A stretch of DNA of 64,000 nucleotides from a bacterium (GCA_037446635.1 JBBIIG010000014.1:16294-80293); one strand, 5' to 3'. Shown: positions 48,539 to 57,513, counted from the first letter of the stretch. Translations and numbers: made by a program. Notes: a model not told the origin generated them from the letters alone.

Positions 48539-49177
48539 ATGAAAAAGAATCCAGAGGCGAACTTGAAGCTCAAATACCGTAAAGTATTTGAAGTGAGCTT
48601 GATCATCACGCTGGTGGTGCTGATCGTTTTCTTTCAAATGCTGCGCGCCATCAGCTTGGAGGCCACCGAAGCCAAAACTCCGGAAATTAAGATCGAGGTA
48701 GCAGACATTCCGCCCACCGAGCAGATAAAACGTCCGCCTCCGCCTCCCAAGCCTTCGGTGCCGATTCCCACTGAAAATGAGGACATTCCGGAGGATTTGA
48801 CGATTGAAAGCACCAACCTCGATTTAACCGAAATACCGCCTCCGCCTCCGCCTCCCGAGGACGACGGCGAAGTCAATATTTTTGTGCCGTATGATGAACC
48901 CCCAAGCCCAATCGGAGGCTTTGCCGCTATTCAGCGCGCCTTGAAATATCCGGAAATTGCGCGCAAAGCCGGCATCGAAGGCAAGGTTATCGTGCAGGTG
49001 CTGGTCTCCGAAAAAGGGGAAGTGGTGGATACCAAAGTGATTAAATCCCTGGGACACGGCGGCATGGATGAAGCGGCAGTGAATGCTATTCGCAGCGTTA
49101 AATGGAAACCCGCTTTGCAAAGAGATAAACCCGTCAAAGTTTGGGTGGCTATTCCGGTTATTTTCAAGCTCAAATAA
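48539..49177 (+). CDS. tonB: TonB energy-transducer (Pro-rich spacer + C-terminal TonB domain)
   Basis: N-terminal TM helix. 'PPPPPKPSVPIP...PPPPPPPED'. The C-terminal domain 'PPSPIGGFAAIQRALKYPEIARKAGIEGKVIVQVLVSEKGEVVDTKVIKSLGHGGMDEAAVNAIRSVKWKPALQRDKPVKVWVAIPVIFKL' is the TonB_C fold. Confidence 0.85.
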   Translation: MKKNPEANLKLKYRKVFEVSLIITLVVLIVFFQMLRAISLEATEAKTPEIKIEVADIPPTEQIKRPPPPPKPSVPIPTENEDIPEDLTIESTNLDLTEIPPPPPPPEDDGEVNIFVPYDEPPSPIGGFAAIQRALKYPEIARKAGIEGKVIVQVLVSEKGEVVDTKVIKSLGHGGMDEAAVNAIRSVKWKPALQRDKPVKVWVAIPVIFKLK

Positions 49178-49264
49178 TTGGGGCTAAAAATTGCCTTCAG
49201 ATTTTTTGTAAAAGCGGCGACCGAGAACCGGCGCCGCTTTTTTTGTTGTGAATGAGTTAATGCT

Positions 49265-49783
49265 ATGAGTCCACAGCTCCGCAATTTCCCTTTCGTGGTT
49301 TTGATTTTGCACTTTGCGGCGTGCTTCAATCCTTTCGCTCCGAGCCTGGATAAAGCTCCCGATTTCTCTAACATCATTACCGAGCAGCGAAGTCCGGAAG
49401 AGGTGCTGCAGAATTTTAAATATGCCTATACTTTCAAAGACTCTCTCCTCTACCACGACGTTTTGGAAGAGTCGTTTGTATTTGAATATTTCGATCCCAA
49501 TCTCGCGCCTTCGGGCGGGTTTCGCACCTGGGGCCGCGATGTTGACTTAAAAACGACTGGCCAGCTTTTTCGCAATTTTGACGTGATTGACCTCGAATGG
49601 CTGGCCACCCTGTTTTCAGAATCGGACGGAGAATTTGAGCGGCGGTTCATGCGATTCAACCTGAATCTGGTCGGGCCTAATTTTAATTTTATTGTGAGCG
49701 GGACCGCCATTTTCACCTTCCGGCGCTCCGACCTCGATAACAAGTGGCGGATCGTCCGCTGGAAGGATGAATCGGATCTCTAA
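49265..49783 (+). CDS. hypothetical lipoprotein
   Basis: Signal plus lipobox 'LILHFAACF'. No family recognised. Confidence 0.45.
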   Translation: MSPQLRNFPFVVLILHFAACFNPFAPSLDKAPDFSNIITEQRSPEEVLQNFKYAYTFKDSLLYHDVLEESFVFEYFDPNLAPSGGFRTWGRDVDLKTTGQLFRNFDVIDLEWLATLFSESDGEFERRFMRFNLNLVGPNFNFIVSGTAIFTFRRSDLDNKWRIVRWKDESDL

Positions 49784-49958
49784 CAGCTAACAGGCTGTTT
49801 GAAACTCACCTGGAGTTTTTTAGCAACCTAATGTAACCCAAGTAAATTTTCCGGAATATTTTTTTTGAAGCCCATGTTCACTCTTTTGAATCACGTCAGA
49901 AGTATCGCCCAGTTCTTATTCCTGTGTAATTTAATTAAGAGCATTTTGGAGGATTTCG

Positions 49959-50615
49959 TTGATGGAACAAGAGTGTCGCCGCTTTTCAAATCTAATCACC
50001 GCGCTGGTGGATGACGAATTGCAAAGCGCAGAAAAGAGTGAAGTTGAAAATCACTTCAAAATCTGCCCCCCCTGCCACCAGCGCTATCAGAATGAAAAGC
50101 GGGTTAAAAGGGTGGTTGCCGATCGTTTGCCTGTTATCAGCGCGCCGGCGTATCTGGTGCAGCGAATCCGCCATCATCTGCAATCGGGCAGAGCGTGGCC
50201 GGGTTTCTGGGAGTTGCTGCGCGATTTGTTTGTTTACCATCCTCTTTCTGCATCCTTTGCGGCTGCGGCGTTGATTTTAATCGTGGCGCTGCCGACATAT
50301 TTTCTCTCCATCCACCGTGATCAGACCGCGAATTTCGCGGGTGAGTTGAATGGCAAAGTTGTTGAGCTCCAGGGGCAAATCATCTGTTTGGATTGTGCAT
50401 ACACCTATCACGATGAACAGAATCAAACGCCGCACACTGAGATTCATCGCATCGGGATCCGCTGCGCCGCCGATCAAATCTGGACGTTTCTTGATACCCG
50501 TCCGCACCAGGAACTGCTGCACGATCCGAAGTATTTGCAGCGGAATGTTCTCGTCAAGGGCGTCGTTTATCAAGATGCGCGCTATGTTTTCATTAAAGAC
50601 TACCAACTATTGTAA
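49959..50615 (+). CDS. putative zinc-finger (zf-HC2) anti-sigma factor-like membrane protein
   Basis: N-terminal 'HFKICPPCHQRYQNE' (H-x3-C-x2-C), a TM segment (AAAALILIVALPTYFL) and a Cys/His-rich C-terminal domain (CLDCAYTYHDEQNQTPHTEIHRIGIRC). No ECF sigma gene adjacent. Confidence 0.5.
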   Translation: MMEQECRRFSNLITALVDDELQSAEKSEVENHFKICPPCHQRYQNEKRVKRVVADRLPVISAPAYLVQRIRHHLQSGRAWPGFWELLRDLFVYHPLSASFAAAALILIVALPTYFLSIHRDQTANFAGELNGKVVELQGQIICLDCAYTYHDEQNQTPHTEIHRIGIRCAADQIWTFLDTRPHQELLHDPKYLQRNVLVKGVVYQDARYVFIKDYQLL

Positions 50616-50657
50616 TACCTTCCCACGGTTTTTCATCGAGCCCAAACCTGAACCAGC

Positions 50658-51560
50658 ATGTTCAAACGAATCAGCGTGGTGGTTAATCCCGTTGCTGGCG
50701 GAAAGAAAGACAAATCGCAGCTCATCGCCAGGCTCACGAAGTTGCTTTCCGCCCCCGGGCGCAGCCTCTCCATTCAGTACACCGAAAAATCCGGCGACGC
50801 CAACCGCTTGGCTCGCGAAGCCGTGCAGCAAAATTCACAGCTCGTGGTGGTGATCGGCGGCGACGGCACCGTAAACGAAGTCGGCTCGGCCCTGGTTGAT
50901 ACCGACGTGCCCATGGCCATTATCCCGCGCGGCTCGGGAAACGGCTTTGCCCGGACGCTGCGGCTGCCGCCGCAATTAGAAGACGCCGCGGCTTTAATCA
51001 ATGATGGAGCGATTTCGCTAATCGACGTTGGGCAGGCGAACGAGCGCTACTTTTTTATGCTAATGGGAGTTGGCTTTGATGCCCGGATCGGCGAGCGATT
51101 TAACGCGCACTCCTCACGGGGGCCGCTGCCGTACTTCTATCTCAGCGCCAAAGAATTTTTTAACTACCGGCCCGCGCCGCTTCAAATCAACTTCAACGGA
51201 AAAGCTTTAGCGCTGGCGCCGTTTATGATTATCATCGCCAACGCCCAGCAGTTTGGCAACAACGCGCGCATAGCGCCGCACGCGATTTTGAACGACGGCC
51301 TGCTCGATATTTGCATCGTGCGCCGCCTCTCTTTTTTCGATCTACTCTTCGCACTGCCCAAACTTTTCAGCGGCCGCATTCACAATTATTCCGGTGTCGA
51401 GTTTTATCAAGCCCAACAGGTTCAGTTACAGCGCGAGCGCGCGGATTTTATCAACCTCGATGGCGAAGCCGTTTGGGAGGAAGCGGTGGTCAACGTTAGG
51501 GTGCTGCCGCGGCGCCTGAAAGTCATCACCCCAAAATTTTGCCCGGCGTTGGCGCCATGA
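50658..51560 (+). CDS. diacylglycerol-kinase-family lipid kinase (YegS/BmrU-like)
   Basis: 'ISVVVNPVAGGKK', 'VVVIGGDGTVNEV' (the GGDGT motif) and 'IPRGSGNGFAR'. Confidence 0.8.
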   Translation: MFKRISVVVNPVAGGKKDKSQLIARLTKLLSAPGRSLSIQYTEKSGDANRLAREAVQQNSQLVVVIGGDGTVNEVGSALVDTDVPMAIIPRGSGNGFARTLRLPPQLEDAAALINDGAISLIDVGQANERYFFMLMGVGFDARIGERFNAHSSRGPLPYFYLSAKEFFNYRPAPLQINFNGKALALAPFMIIIANAQQFGNNARIAPHAILNDGLLDICIVRRLSFFDLLFALPKLFSGRIHNYSGVEFYQAQQVQLQRERADFINLDGEAVWEEAVVNVRVLPRRLKVITPKFCPALAP

Positions 51561-52213
51561 ATTCTCTGGTCATTTTTGTCAAACATCCCGCACCCTACAA
51601 GGTGAAAACCCGGCTCGGAGCGCAAATTGGTTATGCCTTAGCCGCCGACTTGTATAAAATTTTTATTGAACAAACCATCACGATGGCGGCGCGCAGCTCC
51701 GCCGACCGCGTGTTGATTGCGTATGAGTCGGCCGAGCGCGCTGACGACGTTAATTTGGCATTGCCCGCGGCGATGGCGGCGTTTCCGCAAACTGGCAGGG
51801 ATTTAGGCCAGCGGATGTTCAACGCTTTTCAACACACGTTTGCAGAAGGAGCCCATTCCACCGTGATCATCGGCAGCGACAGCCCCACGCTGCCGCGGCA
51901 TTTTCTAAAGCGAGCGTTCGATTATTTGGAACATAAAGATTTAGTGCTTGGCCCGGCGCAAGATGGCGGCTATTATTTGATCGGTTTAAAAACTCCCGTG
52001 CAAAAACTTTTTGAAAACATCGAATGGAGCTCGCCAGTTGTTTTGGAAAAAACGCTGGCGCGCGCCGAACAATTGCAGCTCTCTTTTGATTTGCTGCCCG
52101 TCTGGTACGACGTCGATGAAATCGAATCGCTGAAGCGCGCCGCCCACGATGACGCCAGCGGCCAGATTAAAAACTTCCTGCTGCGAAACTGTCCCACCAT
52201 CCAGCTTGATTGA
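51557..52213 (+). CDS. DUF2064 / TIGR04282-family nucleotidyltransferase-fold (CofC/MobA-like) protein
   Basis: 'LVIFVKHPAPYKVKTRLGAQIG' matches the DUF2064 N-terminal signature. 'IIGSDSPTLP' and 'LGPAQDGGYYLIGLK' are nucleotidyltransferase-like motifs. The ATG overlaps the upstream stop (ATGA). Confidence 0.65.
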   Translation: MNSLVIFVKHPAPYKVKTRLGAQIGYALAADLYKIFIEQTITMAARSSADRVLIAYESAERADDVNLALPAAMAAFPQTGRDLGQRMFNAFQHTFAEGAHSTVIIGSDSPTLPRHFLKRAFDYLEHKDLVLGPAQDGGYYLIGLKTPVQKLFENIEWSSPVVLEKTLARAEQLQLSFDLLPVWYDVDEIESLKRAAHDDASGQIKNFLLRNCPTIQLD

Positions 52214-52214
52214 A

Positions 52215-52910
52215 ATGATTTTAGCCGCCCACCAACCTGGCTATTTGCCGACGATTGATTTTTTCTACAAAATGTCGCGCGCGGATGTTTTTGTTTTGGC
52301 GGACGATCTGGTTTTTACGACCCACTCGGATATTAATCGCGCCAAAATTAAAACCGCCCGCGGCCCGAGTTGGCTGACGGTGCCAGTTCGCACGAAGAGC
52401 CGGCGCGGCCAGCTCATTCATCAAGTCGAAACCGATCACCAGCAAAATTGGCGCGCCAAGCATTGGAACACCCTGCGCATGAATTACGCCTACGCGCCCT
52501 ATTTCGAGCTGCACTCCGACTACTTTGAAACTCTTTACTTGTTCGGCGATCCTCCGGCCCGTTTGTTTGAATGGAACGCCGCCGTCATCGATTATCTCGC
52601 GGCCTCGCTGAAATTAAAAACTAAATTGATTCGCAGTTCGGGCCTTAACGTTCACGCCCGCGGCCAGGAGTGGGTTTTCGGCGTCGCCGCCGCCACTGGC
52701 TGTCGCACTTATTTGGCGGACGCAGCCTTCGCGAGGTATCTATCAAAAGAAAAATTTGCTCAACATGGACTCGCCCTGCAATTCTTGCAAAATCCCAAAT
52801 TGCGATACCACCAACAATTTGGCGATTTCATCAGTGGACTTTCTATTGTCGATCTCCTGTTCAACGAGGGAGAACGCAGCCGCGAAATTTTGATGGAGAA
52901 CTCGCCGTGA
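52215..52910 (+). CDS. WbqC-like family protein
   Basis: 'MILAAHQPGYLPTIDFFYKMSRADVFVLADDLVFT' is the typical N-terminus of the WbqC family (PF08889). Start 2 nt after the upstream stop. Confidence 0.6.
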   Translation: MILAAHQPGYLPTIDFFYKMSRADVFVLADDLVFTTHSDINRAKIKTARGPSWLTVPVRTKSRRGQLIHQVETDHQQNWRAKHWNTLRMNYAYAPYFELHSDYFETLYLFGDPPARLFEWNAAVIDYLAASLKLKTKLIRSSGLNVHARGQEWVFGVAAATGCRTYLADAAFARYLSKEKFAQHGLALQFLQNPKLRYHQQFGDFISGLSIVDLLFNEGERSREILMENSP

Positions 52911-53590
52911 AGGTAGTCGTCATCATCCCGGCTTTCAATGAGGAGCAGTCCATCGGTCTGGTTTTACAGGATATTCCGCGGCAGCTTGTTGACGCCGTGA
53001 TCGTCGTCGATAACGGCTCGCGCGATCGCACTGCGGAACTCGCCCGGCTTGGCGGCGCGGAGGTGGTTCGCGAAACACGCCGCGGCTACGGCAGCGCCTG
53101 CCTCGCCGGCATTAAACACGCAAAAACAATGAACCCCGACGCCGCGGTTTTTCTCGACGCGGATTTCAGCGATCACCCGCAGGAGCTGGTCGCACTTTTG
53201 GAAAAGATCGAAAGCGGCTTCGATCTTGTCATCGGTTCCCGCACTCTCGGAAAGGCCGAGCCCGGCGCGCTGCTGCCGCAGGCGCGTTGGGGAAACTGGT
53301 TGGCGGTTTCGCTGATTAAATGGTTCTTTGGATTTCGTTACACCGACCTCGGGCCATTCCGTGCCATCAAGTGGGACAAGCTGTTGGCGCTGGATATGCA
53401 GGATCGCAACTTTGGCTGGACCGTTGAAATGCAGGTGAAGGCAGTAAAAGCAGAATTGCGGATTACCGAGGTTCCGGTGAGTTACCGCAAACGCATTGGC
53501 ATCTCGAAAGTAACCGGCACGATTTCGGGAACCATCAAAGCCGGTTACAAAATCATTTTCACCATCTTAAAATATGCGTTTCGGAAATAA
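52907..53590 (+). CDS. family-2 glycosyltransferase (TIGR04283-like)
   Basis: 'KVVVIIPAFNEEQSIGLVLQDIP...VIVVDNGSRDRTAELAR' and a 'DAD' motif region. GTG start overlaps the upstream TGA (GTGA). Confidence 0.7.
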   Translation: MKVVVIIPAFNEEQSIGLVLQDIPRQLVDAVIVVDNGSRDRTAELARLGGAEVVRETRRGYGSACLAGIKHAKTMNPDAAVFLDADFSDHPQELVALLEKIESGFDLVIGSRTLGKAEPGALLPQARWGNWLAVSLIKWFFGFRYTDLGPFRAIKWDKLLALDMQDRNFGWTVEMQVKAVKAELRITEVPVSYRKRIGISKVTGTISGTIKAGYKIIFTILKYAFRK

Positions 53591-53594
53591 CGAG

Positions 53595-53700
53595 CAGAGC
53601 GTCTCCTGTTCGCTCCCACGCGGGGCGTGGGAGCGAGAGAGCTCTCGTGGTAGCAAGAGGCTACTGAATGACTTGTTCCCACGCTTTTTGCGTGGGAACA
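53595..53700. terminator. pair of hairpins sharing a CCCACGC...GCGTGGG core between convergent genes (bidirectional terminator)
   Basis: 'gctcccacgc-gggg-cgtgggagc' and 'cttgttcccacgc-tttttg-cgtgggaacaag'. Confidence 0.55.
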
Positions 53701-53705
53701 AGCTG

Positions 53706-54290
53706 CTAAAAACTCGCGCCAGACAAGGCCTGTGAATGAGGATGTGAATCGGCGATGACGGTGACATATTTTATCATCACCGAGTATTTGTTGGCAAGCG
53801 ATTCCACCGGGTTGACGCGAATTCCAAAATTATAAAAAAAGGATTTTTCGTCGCTGTCAAAACAGGCGCGCAGCGGCGCCCTGCTGCAGTCGAACAACTT
53901 GATGGCCAGCAGCGAAAAATCGAATTCAAAATCCAGGGCAAGATCATAACTCGATTTTTGCAGATGCTGCTTGAGCGCGTTTTTGGGCAGGCCCAGCAGG
54001 TTGATATCTTCTTTGGAATAGGGCAGGATATCCAATTTGAGGCGGCTGTCGATAAAACTCACCATTTCAAGTTGAGCGACCACCGTGATGCGCCAGTTCG
54101 GGCGCTTTTCCCGCAGCTTCTCCAAAGCTTTGAGCGCGACGCCAAAATGCTCGACTTTAACCGGCATGAAAATTAAAATTTTCTGCGCTTTAGCCAATCG
54201 TTCCACCACGTCAACCGCGCCTGCTTTTTCAGAAATTCGAAATTTCAATCGCAGCGCCGCGCTGGCAAGTTTAGCGAGAGGAGGAGTCAT
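53706..54290 (-). CDS. hypothetical protein (weak resemblance to the N-terminal domain of GT9 heptosyltransferases)
   Basis: 194-aa ORF, last gene of the minus-strand operon. 'AQKILIFMPVKVEHFGVALKALEKLREKRPNWRITVVA' resembles a GT9 N-domain. The assignment is weak. Confidence 0.35.
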   Translation of the reverse strand: MTPPLAKLASAALRLKFRISEKAGAVDVVERLAKAQKILIFMPVKVEHFGVALKALEKLREKRPNWRITVVAQLEMVSFIDSRLKLDILPYSKEDINLLGLPKNALKQHLQKSSYDLALDFEFDFSLLAIKLFDCSRAPLRACFDSDEKSFFYNFGIRVNPVESLANKYSVMIKYVTVIADSHPHSQALSGASF

Positions 54291-54355
54291 TCGAGTAGCG
54301 AGAGTTGGTTAGCCATTTTGGCGGAATATAATCATAAAACCCGTTTCGAGCAAGA

Positions 54356-56344
54356 TTAAATTTTGAGATCGATTTGCACGCCGAAGCGTCGGTCGCGTTG
54401 GCCTTGAATTTCGTCGGCGCCGCTGCCGATGACGTCGGTATCGTCGCGAAAGGTCTCCGCATATTTCGCCGAGAACCCCATGAACCTGAACTGGTAGTTT
54501 ATAAGTACATACCAACGCGCGCCCTCGCCGAATAAGCTGCGGTTGGTGGCCAAGCCGGGCAGATCGGGCTCGTATTGAAACACCGCGGAGTCGAAGGAGT
54601 CGGTGTCAAAAATGGTTAAACGCGCGGTCAGGGTCAGGGCTTTCGTGGGCTGGAGGCGAACATCCTGGTACATCAAAAAACCCTGCTCATCGGTTTCTGC
54701 GACCGCCGAGTTGAAGCGATTCGTTTTGAACGAAACGAATTCCCAGCGGCTGCGCAACCGCAGCTGCCGGCTGAGATCGTAATCCAATTGCAGCCGCCCC
54801 TGCCGTTTTAGAATCTCAACGAATTCGCGCCGCTCCCGCATTAATTCATCCTCGAACGTTTCAGTTTCTTGTTTTTGATTTTCGCGATAGCGCAGCGTCA
54901 GCCGCAGACGGTTGGAGAATCGCTGCTCAATCTGCGCCAAAAATTCGTTGCCATCGAACGGCAGCGGCTCAAAAAACGTCCGCCACGGATGGGTGAAAAT
55001 ATCGTAGTAGGCGCTGACCGCGGTGCGCTCGCCAATTTTGAAATGAAGGCCGGAATAATACCCGCGCTCGTTTTGGGTGCTGCCGTTGGCGTCGGCGAAG
55101 GCGAAGCCGTGCAGGTTCTGAAAATCTTTTCCGTAATCGCGAAACAGAAACGCCAGTTGGATTTTTTTGAAGTCGAGCAGGGCGCCGGCCAGCAGCGCGC
55201 GGCCGCCGTTTTTTGATCCCGCTGCTTCTCCAAAAAGATTGGCGCTGGGAATTCGCCAATCCCAGTGAAATCCGGCCACGGCGTTTTTTCTGCCGCGAAA
55301 TGCGAAGCGCTGCCGGACAAGATCGGGATCGTTGATGGTTTTGTCGAATTTTGAAAAGTAAAAGCTGCCGCCAACCGTAAGCTGCAACGGCAGTTGCAAT
55401 CGCAGCGCCGCGCCGGCCAGCGATTCCGTGAGCGCGTCCTTTTTGCTGAGCTCGTTTTCGTTGCGGTGGAAACCAGTGGCGAAAAGTCCGGAGACTTCAT
55501 TTTCGGAAGTGAGAGTAGCATCCAACTTGGCGCGCGACGCAAAAATGGTGGCGGCGAAATGTTTCAAAGTCACATGCGCGACCCCGCCGTGCAGCGCGGC
55601 GTTTTCATCTACTGTGCTGTAGCCGCGAAATTCACGGCCGCGTTTTTTGATGGGGAAAATCGCGTCGGCGCTTTTGGAAAAGCCGTACGGCCCCCACAGC
55701 GTCAGCCCCTGCCCGATTTGCAGCAGATAATTTCCAACCAGAAAAGAGAAGTTTGGGTGGGCGTCCACGGCGACGTAGTAGAGCCGCAGATCGTCCCAGC
55801 GCCGTTCGCCGCTGTCTTTCTCCAATAAAAATCCGCCGGAAATTTTTTCAGCGATTTGATATTGAATGCGGTGATAAATTTTTTGCGGCGAGTAGAGATA
55901 ATCGCCCTCCTCGAAGCCAACCGGCCGATCGACGCGATCGCTCAGCCGGCTGCGCAGGTTGAGGCGAATGCTTTTTGGGGCGGGCCGCGCCGGCTTTTTT
56001 ACAAACACCAGCTCGCGCAAATATTCGTACGTTTCGGCATTCACCCCGTCAACGCGCAGTAATTCTTCGACGCGCTTAAATTCGCCGCGCCGCTGGCGGT
56101 AGCGCAAAATGTTGTCGCGCAGAACCGGGGTGAGTCCGGGAATGATCTCCAATTCCTCCAGCGTCGCCGAGTTGAGATCGAGGGGATATTCTTTCAAGTT
56201 CAAAAGAATTTCGTAAAGCTCGGATTGTTCCGAGCTTTCTTCCTGGCTTTCCAGCAGTTTTTCCGCCATGGTTTCCTGGGCGAAAAGGGGGGCAGAAAGG
56301 CAAAGATAAATTACGAAGAAAGATGTTGTAGATAGGTTTTTCAT
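54356..56344 (-). CDS. outer-membrane beta-barrel protein with N-terminal (periplasm-facing) ComEA-type helix-hairpin-helix DNA-binding domain
   Basis: Signal peptide. 'LDLNSATLEELEIIPGLTPVLRDNILRYRQRRGEFKRVEELLRVDGVNAETYEYLRELV' is a ComEA/HhH domain. About 560 aa of amphipathic beta-strands follow, ending '...RFGVQIDLKI'. Confidence 0.6.
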   Translation of the reverse strand: MKNLSTTSFFVIYLCLSAPLFAQETMAEKLLESQEESSEQSELYEILLNLKEYPLDLNSATLEELEIIPGLTPVLRDNILRYRQRRGEFKRVEELLRVDGVNAETYEYLRELVFVKKPARPAPKSIRLNLRSRLSDRVDRPVGFEEGDYLYSPQKIYHRIQYQIAEKISGGFLLEKDSGERRWDDLRLYYVAVDAHPNFSFLVGNYLLQIGQGLTLWGPYGFSKSADAIFPIKKRGREFRGYSTVDENAALHGGVAHVTLKHFAATIFASRAKLDATLTSENEVSGLFATGFHRNENELSKKDALTESLAGAALRLQLPLQLTVGGSFYFSKFDKTINDPDLVRQRFAFRGRKNAVAGFHWDWRIPSANLFGEAAGSKNGGRALLAGALLDFKKIQLAFLFRDYGKDFQNLHGFAFADANGSTQNERGYYSGLHFKIGERTAVSAYYDIFTHPWRTFFEPLPFDGNEFLAQIEQRFSNRLRLTLRYRENQKQETETFEDELMRERREFVEILKRQGRLQLDYDLSRQLRLRSRWEFVSFKTNRFNSAVAETDEQGFLMYQDVRLQPTKALTLTARLTIFDTDSFDSAVFQYEPDLPGLATNRSLFGEGARWYVLINYQFRFMGFSAKYAETFRDDTDVIGSGADEIQGQRDRRFGVQIDLKI

Positions 56345-56363
56345 TAGCGTTTTCGAAAGTGTT

Positions 56364-56380
56364 AAACCCTGTCAGGGTTG
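56364..56380. repeat. AACCCTGTCAGGGTT palindrome (copies also at 1997-2030 and 37250-37290)
   Basis: Near-perfect 15-nt palindrome. The other two sites carry it as a tandem pair ('taaccctgacggggttcgcaaccctgtcagggtta', 'gaaccctgtcagggtttcaaaccctgacaggtt'). Confidence 0.6.
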
Positions 56381-56388
56381 TAATTTTT

Positions 56389-57513
56389 TTAATTGCTTTC
56401 TAAAGTTACAAATGGTTTGATTTTCTCCAGTTTGTTTTTTCCGATTCCCGGGACGTTGAGTAAATCGTCAATTTTTTGGAAGGGGCCGTTTTGCTCGCGA
56501 AATTCCAAAATGGCGCGCGCCAAACTCTCGCCGATGCCCGGCAGTTTTTTGAGATCATCAATCCTGGCGGAATTGATGTTAATTTTGCCGGGCGGAGATT
56601 CCGGATCCGGCGCCGGTTCGATTTTAGTCGAATCGATAGGCAGGATTTCGGGAGAAACCTCCACCACCGGTTTGGGTTCGGGCGGCGGTTGTTTTCCAAA
56701 ATGAATGGCCAGCGAAGTTTGATGAGTGAGCCCGAGATCGTTGTGGGTGAAGAAGGCGTAATCAATGGCGACGCGCTGGATGGCGACGCCGAATCCCGCG
56801 GAGAAGCGGCTGGGGTGATTGGCCGCGCCGGCGCGAATGGCTAAATTTGCCAGCGGCTTGAATTCGCAGCCGAAACGCGCCTCTGCGGCAAAGCGCACGT
56901 CTTTGAAAATTTCAAAATTCAAAATAAGATTGTTGAGGGGATGAACCGAAACGCCACTAGAAAAAATTTGCGGCGCATGTTCGTCGGTTTGTCCAATGGT
57001 GGGACGGTTGACGTTTTTGGCGACGAATCCAAGATTGATCTCAGACGAGAGTGGTACTAAAATTCCAAGATCGAGTCCTACTGCGCCGCCGGAGCCGTAG
57101 CCCTCGATGTGAACGGTTTGATAGCGCAGGCCCACGCCGTAAAAAAGCTTGCGCTGATAGTGGTGGCTGAACGTTAGGCTGAGCGCCTGCTCGCGGTAGA
57201 GGCCGTTGCCAAAGGTGAGCGCACCCAATCCCACGCGCCGATTCCAAATCGGGAAACTGAGGGCGAGAGTTCCAAAGTTGATCTCGGAAAGCCCGAACGG
57301 CTTTTGATAAAAAATCGCCAGCTCGGTTCCAACCAACTGACCCAACCCGCCGACGTTGAGAAAGACGGCGTCGGCGGTGTTGGCCAGCGCCACATAGGTG
57401 GCGCCCATTCCCAGCGACCGAGCGCCCACCGGCCACTCTTCCGCGCCCACTGGCTCTGGAACGTACAATAGTGCAACCACCGCGAAGAAGAAAAAAATCT
57501 TGCGTTGAGTCAT
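56389..57513 (-). CDS. PorV-like outer-membrane beta-barrel protein with C-terminal ComEA-type helix-hairpin-helix domain
   Basis: Signal peptide. 'GARSLGMGATYVALANTADAVFLNVGGL' is the PorV/UPF0164-like barrel signature. C-terminal 'ININSARIDDLKKLPGIGESLARAILEFREQNGPFQKIDDLLNVPGIGKNKLEKIKPFV' is a ComEA HhH domain. Confidence 0.6.
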   Translation of the reverse strand: MTQRKIFFFFAVVALLYVPEPVGAEEWPVGARSLGMGATYVALANTADAVFLNVGGLGQLVGTELAIFYQKPFGLSEINFGTLALSFPIWNRRVGLGALTFGNGLYREQALSLTFSHHYQRKLFYGVGLRYQTVHIEGYGSGGAVGLDLGILVPLSSEINLGFVAKNVNRPTIGQTDEHAPQIFSSGVSVHPLNNLILNFEIFKDVRFAAEARFGCEFKPLANLAIRAGAANHPSRFSAGFGVAIQRVAIDYAFFTHNDLGLTHQTSLAIHFGKQPPPEPKPVVEVSPEILPIDSTKIEPAPDPESPPGKININSARIDDLKKLPGIGESLARAILEFREQNGPFQKIDDLLNVPGIGKNKLEKIKPFVTLESN

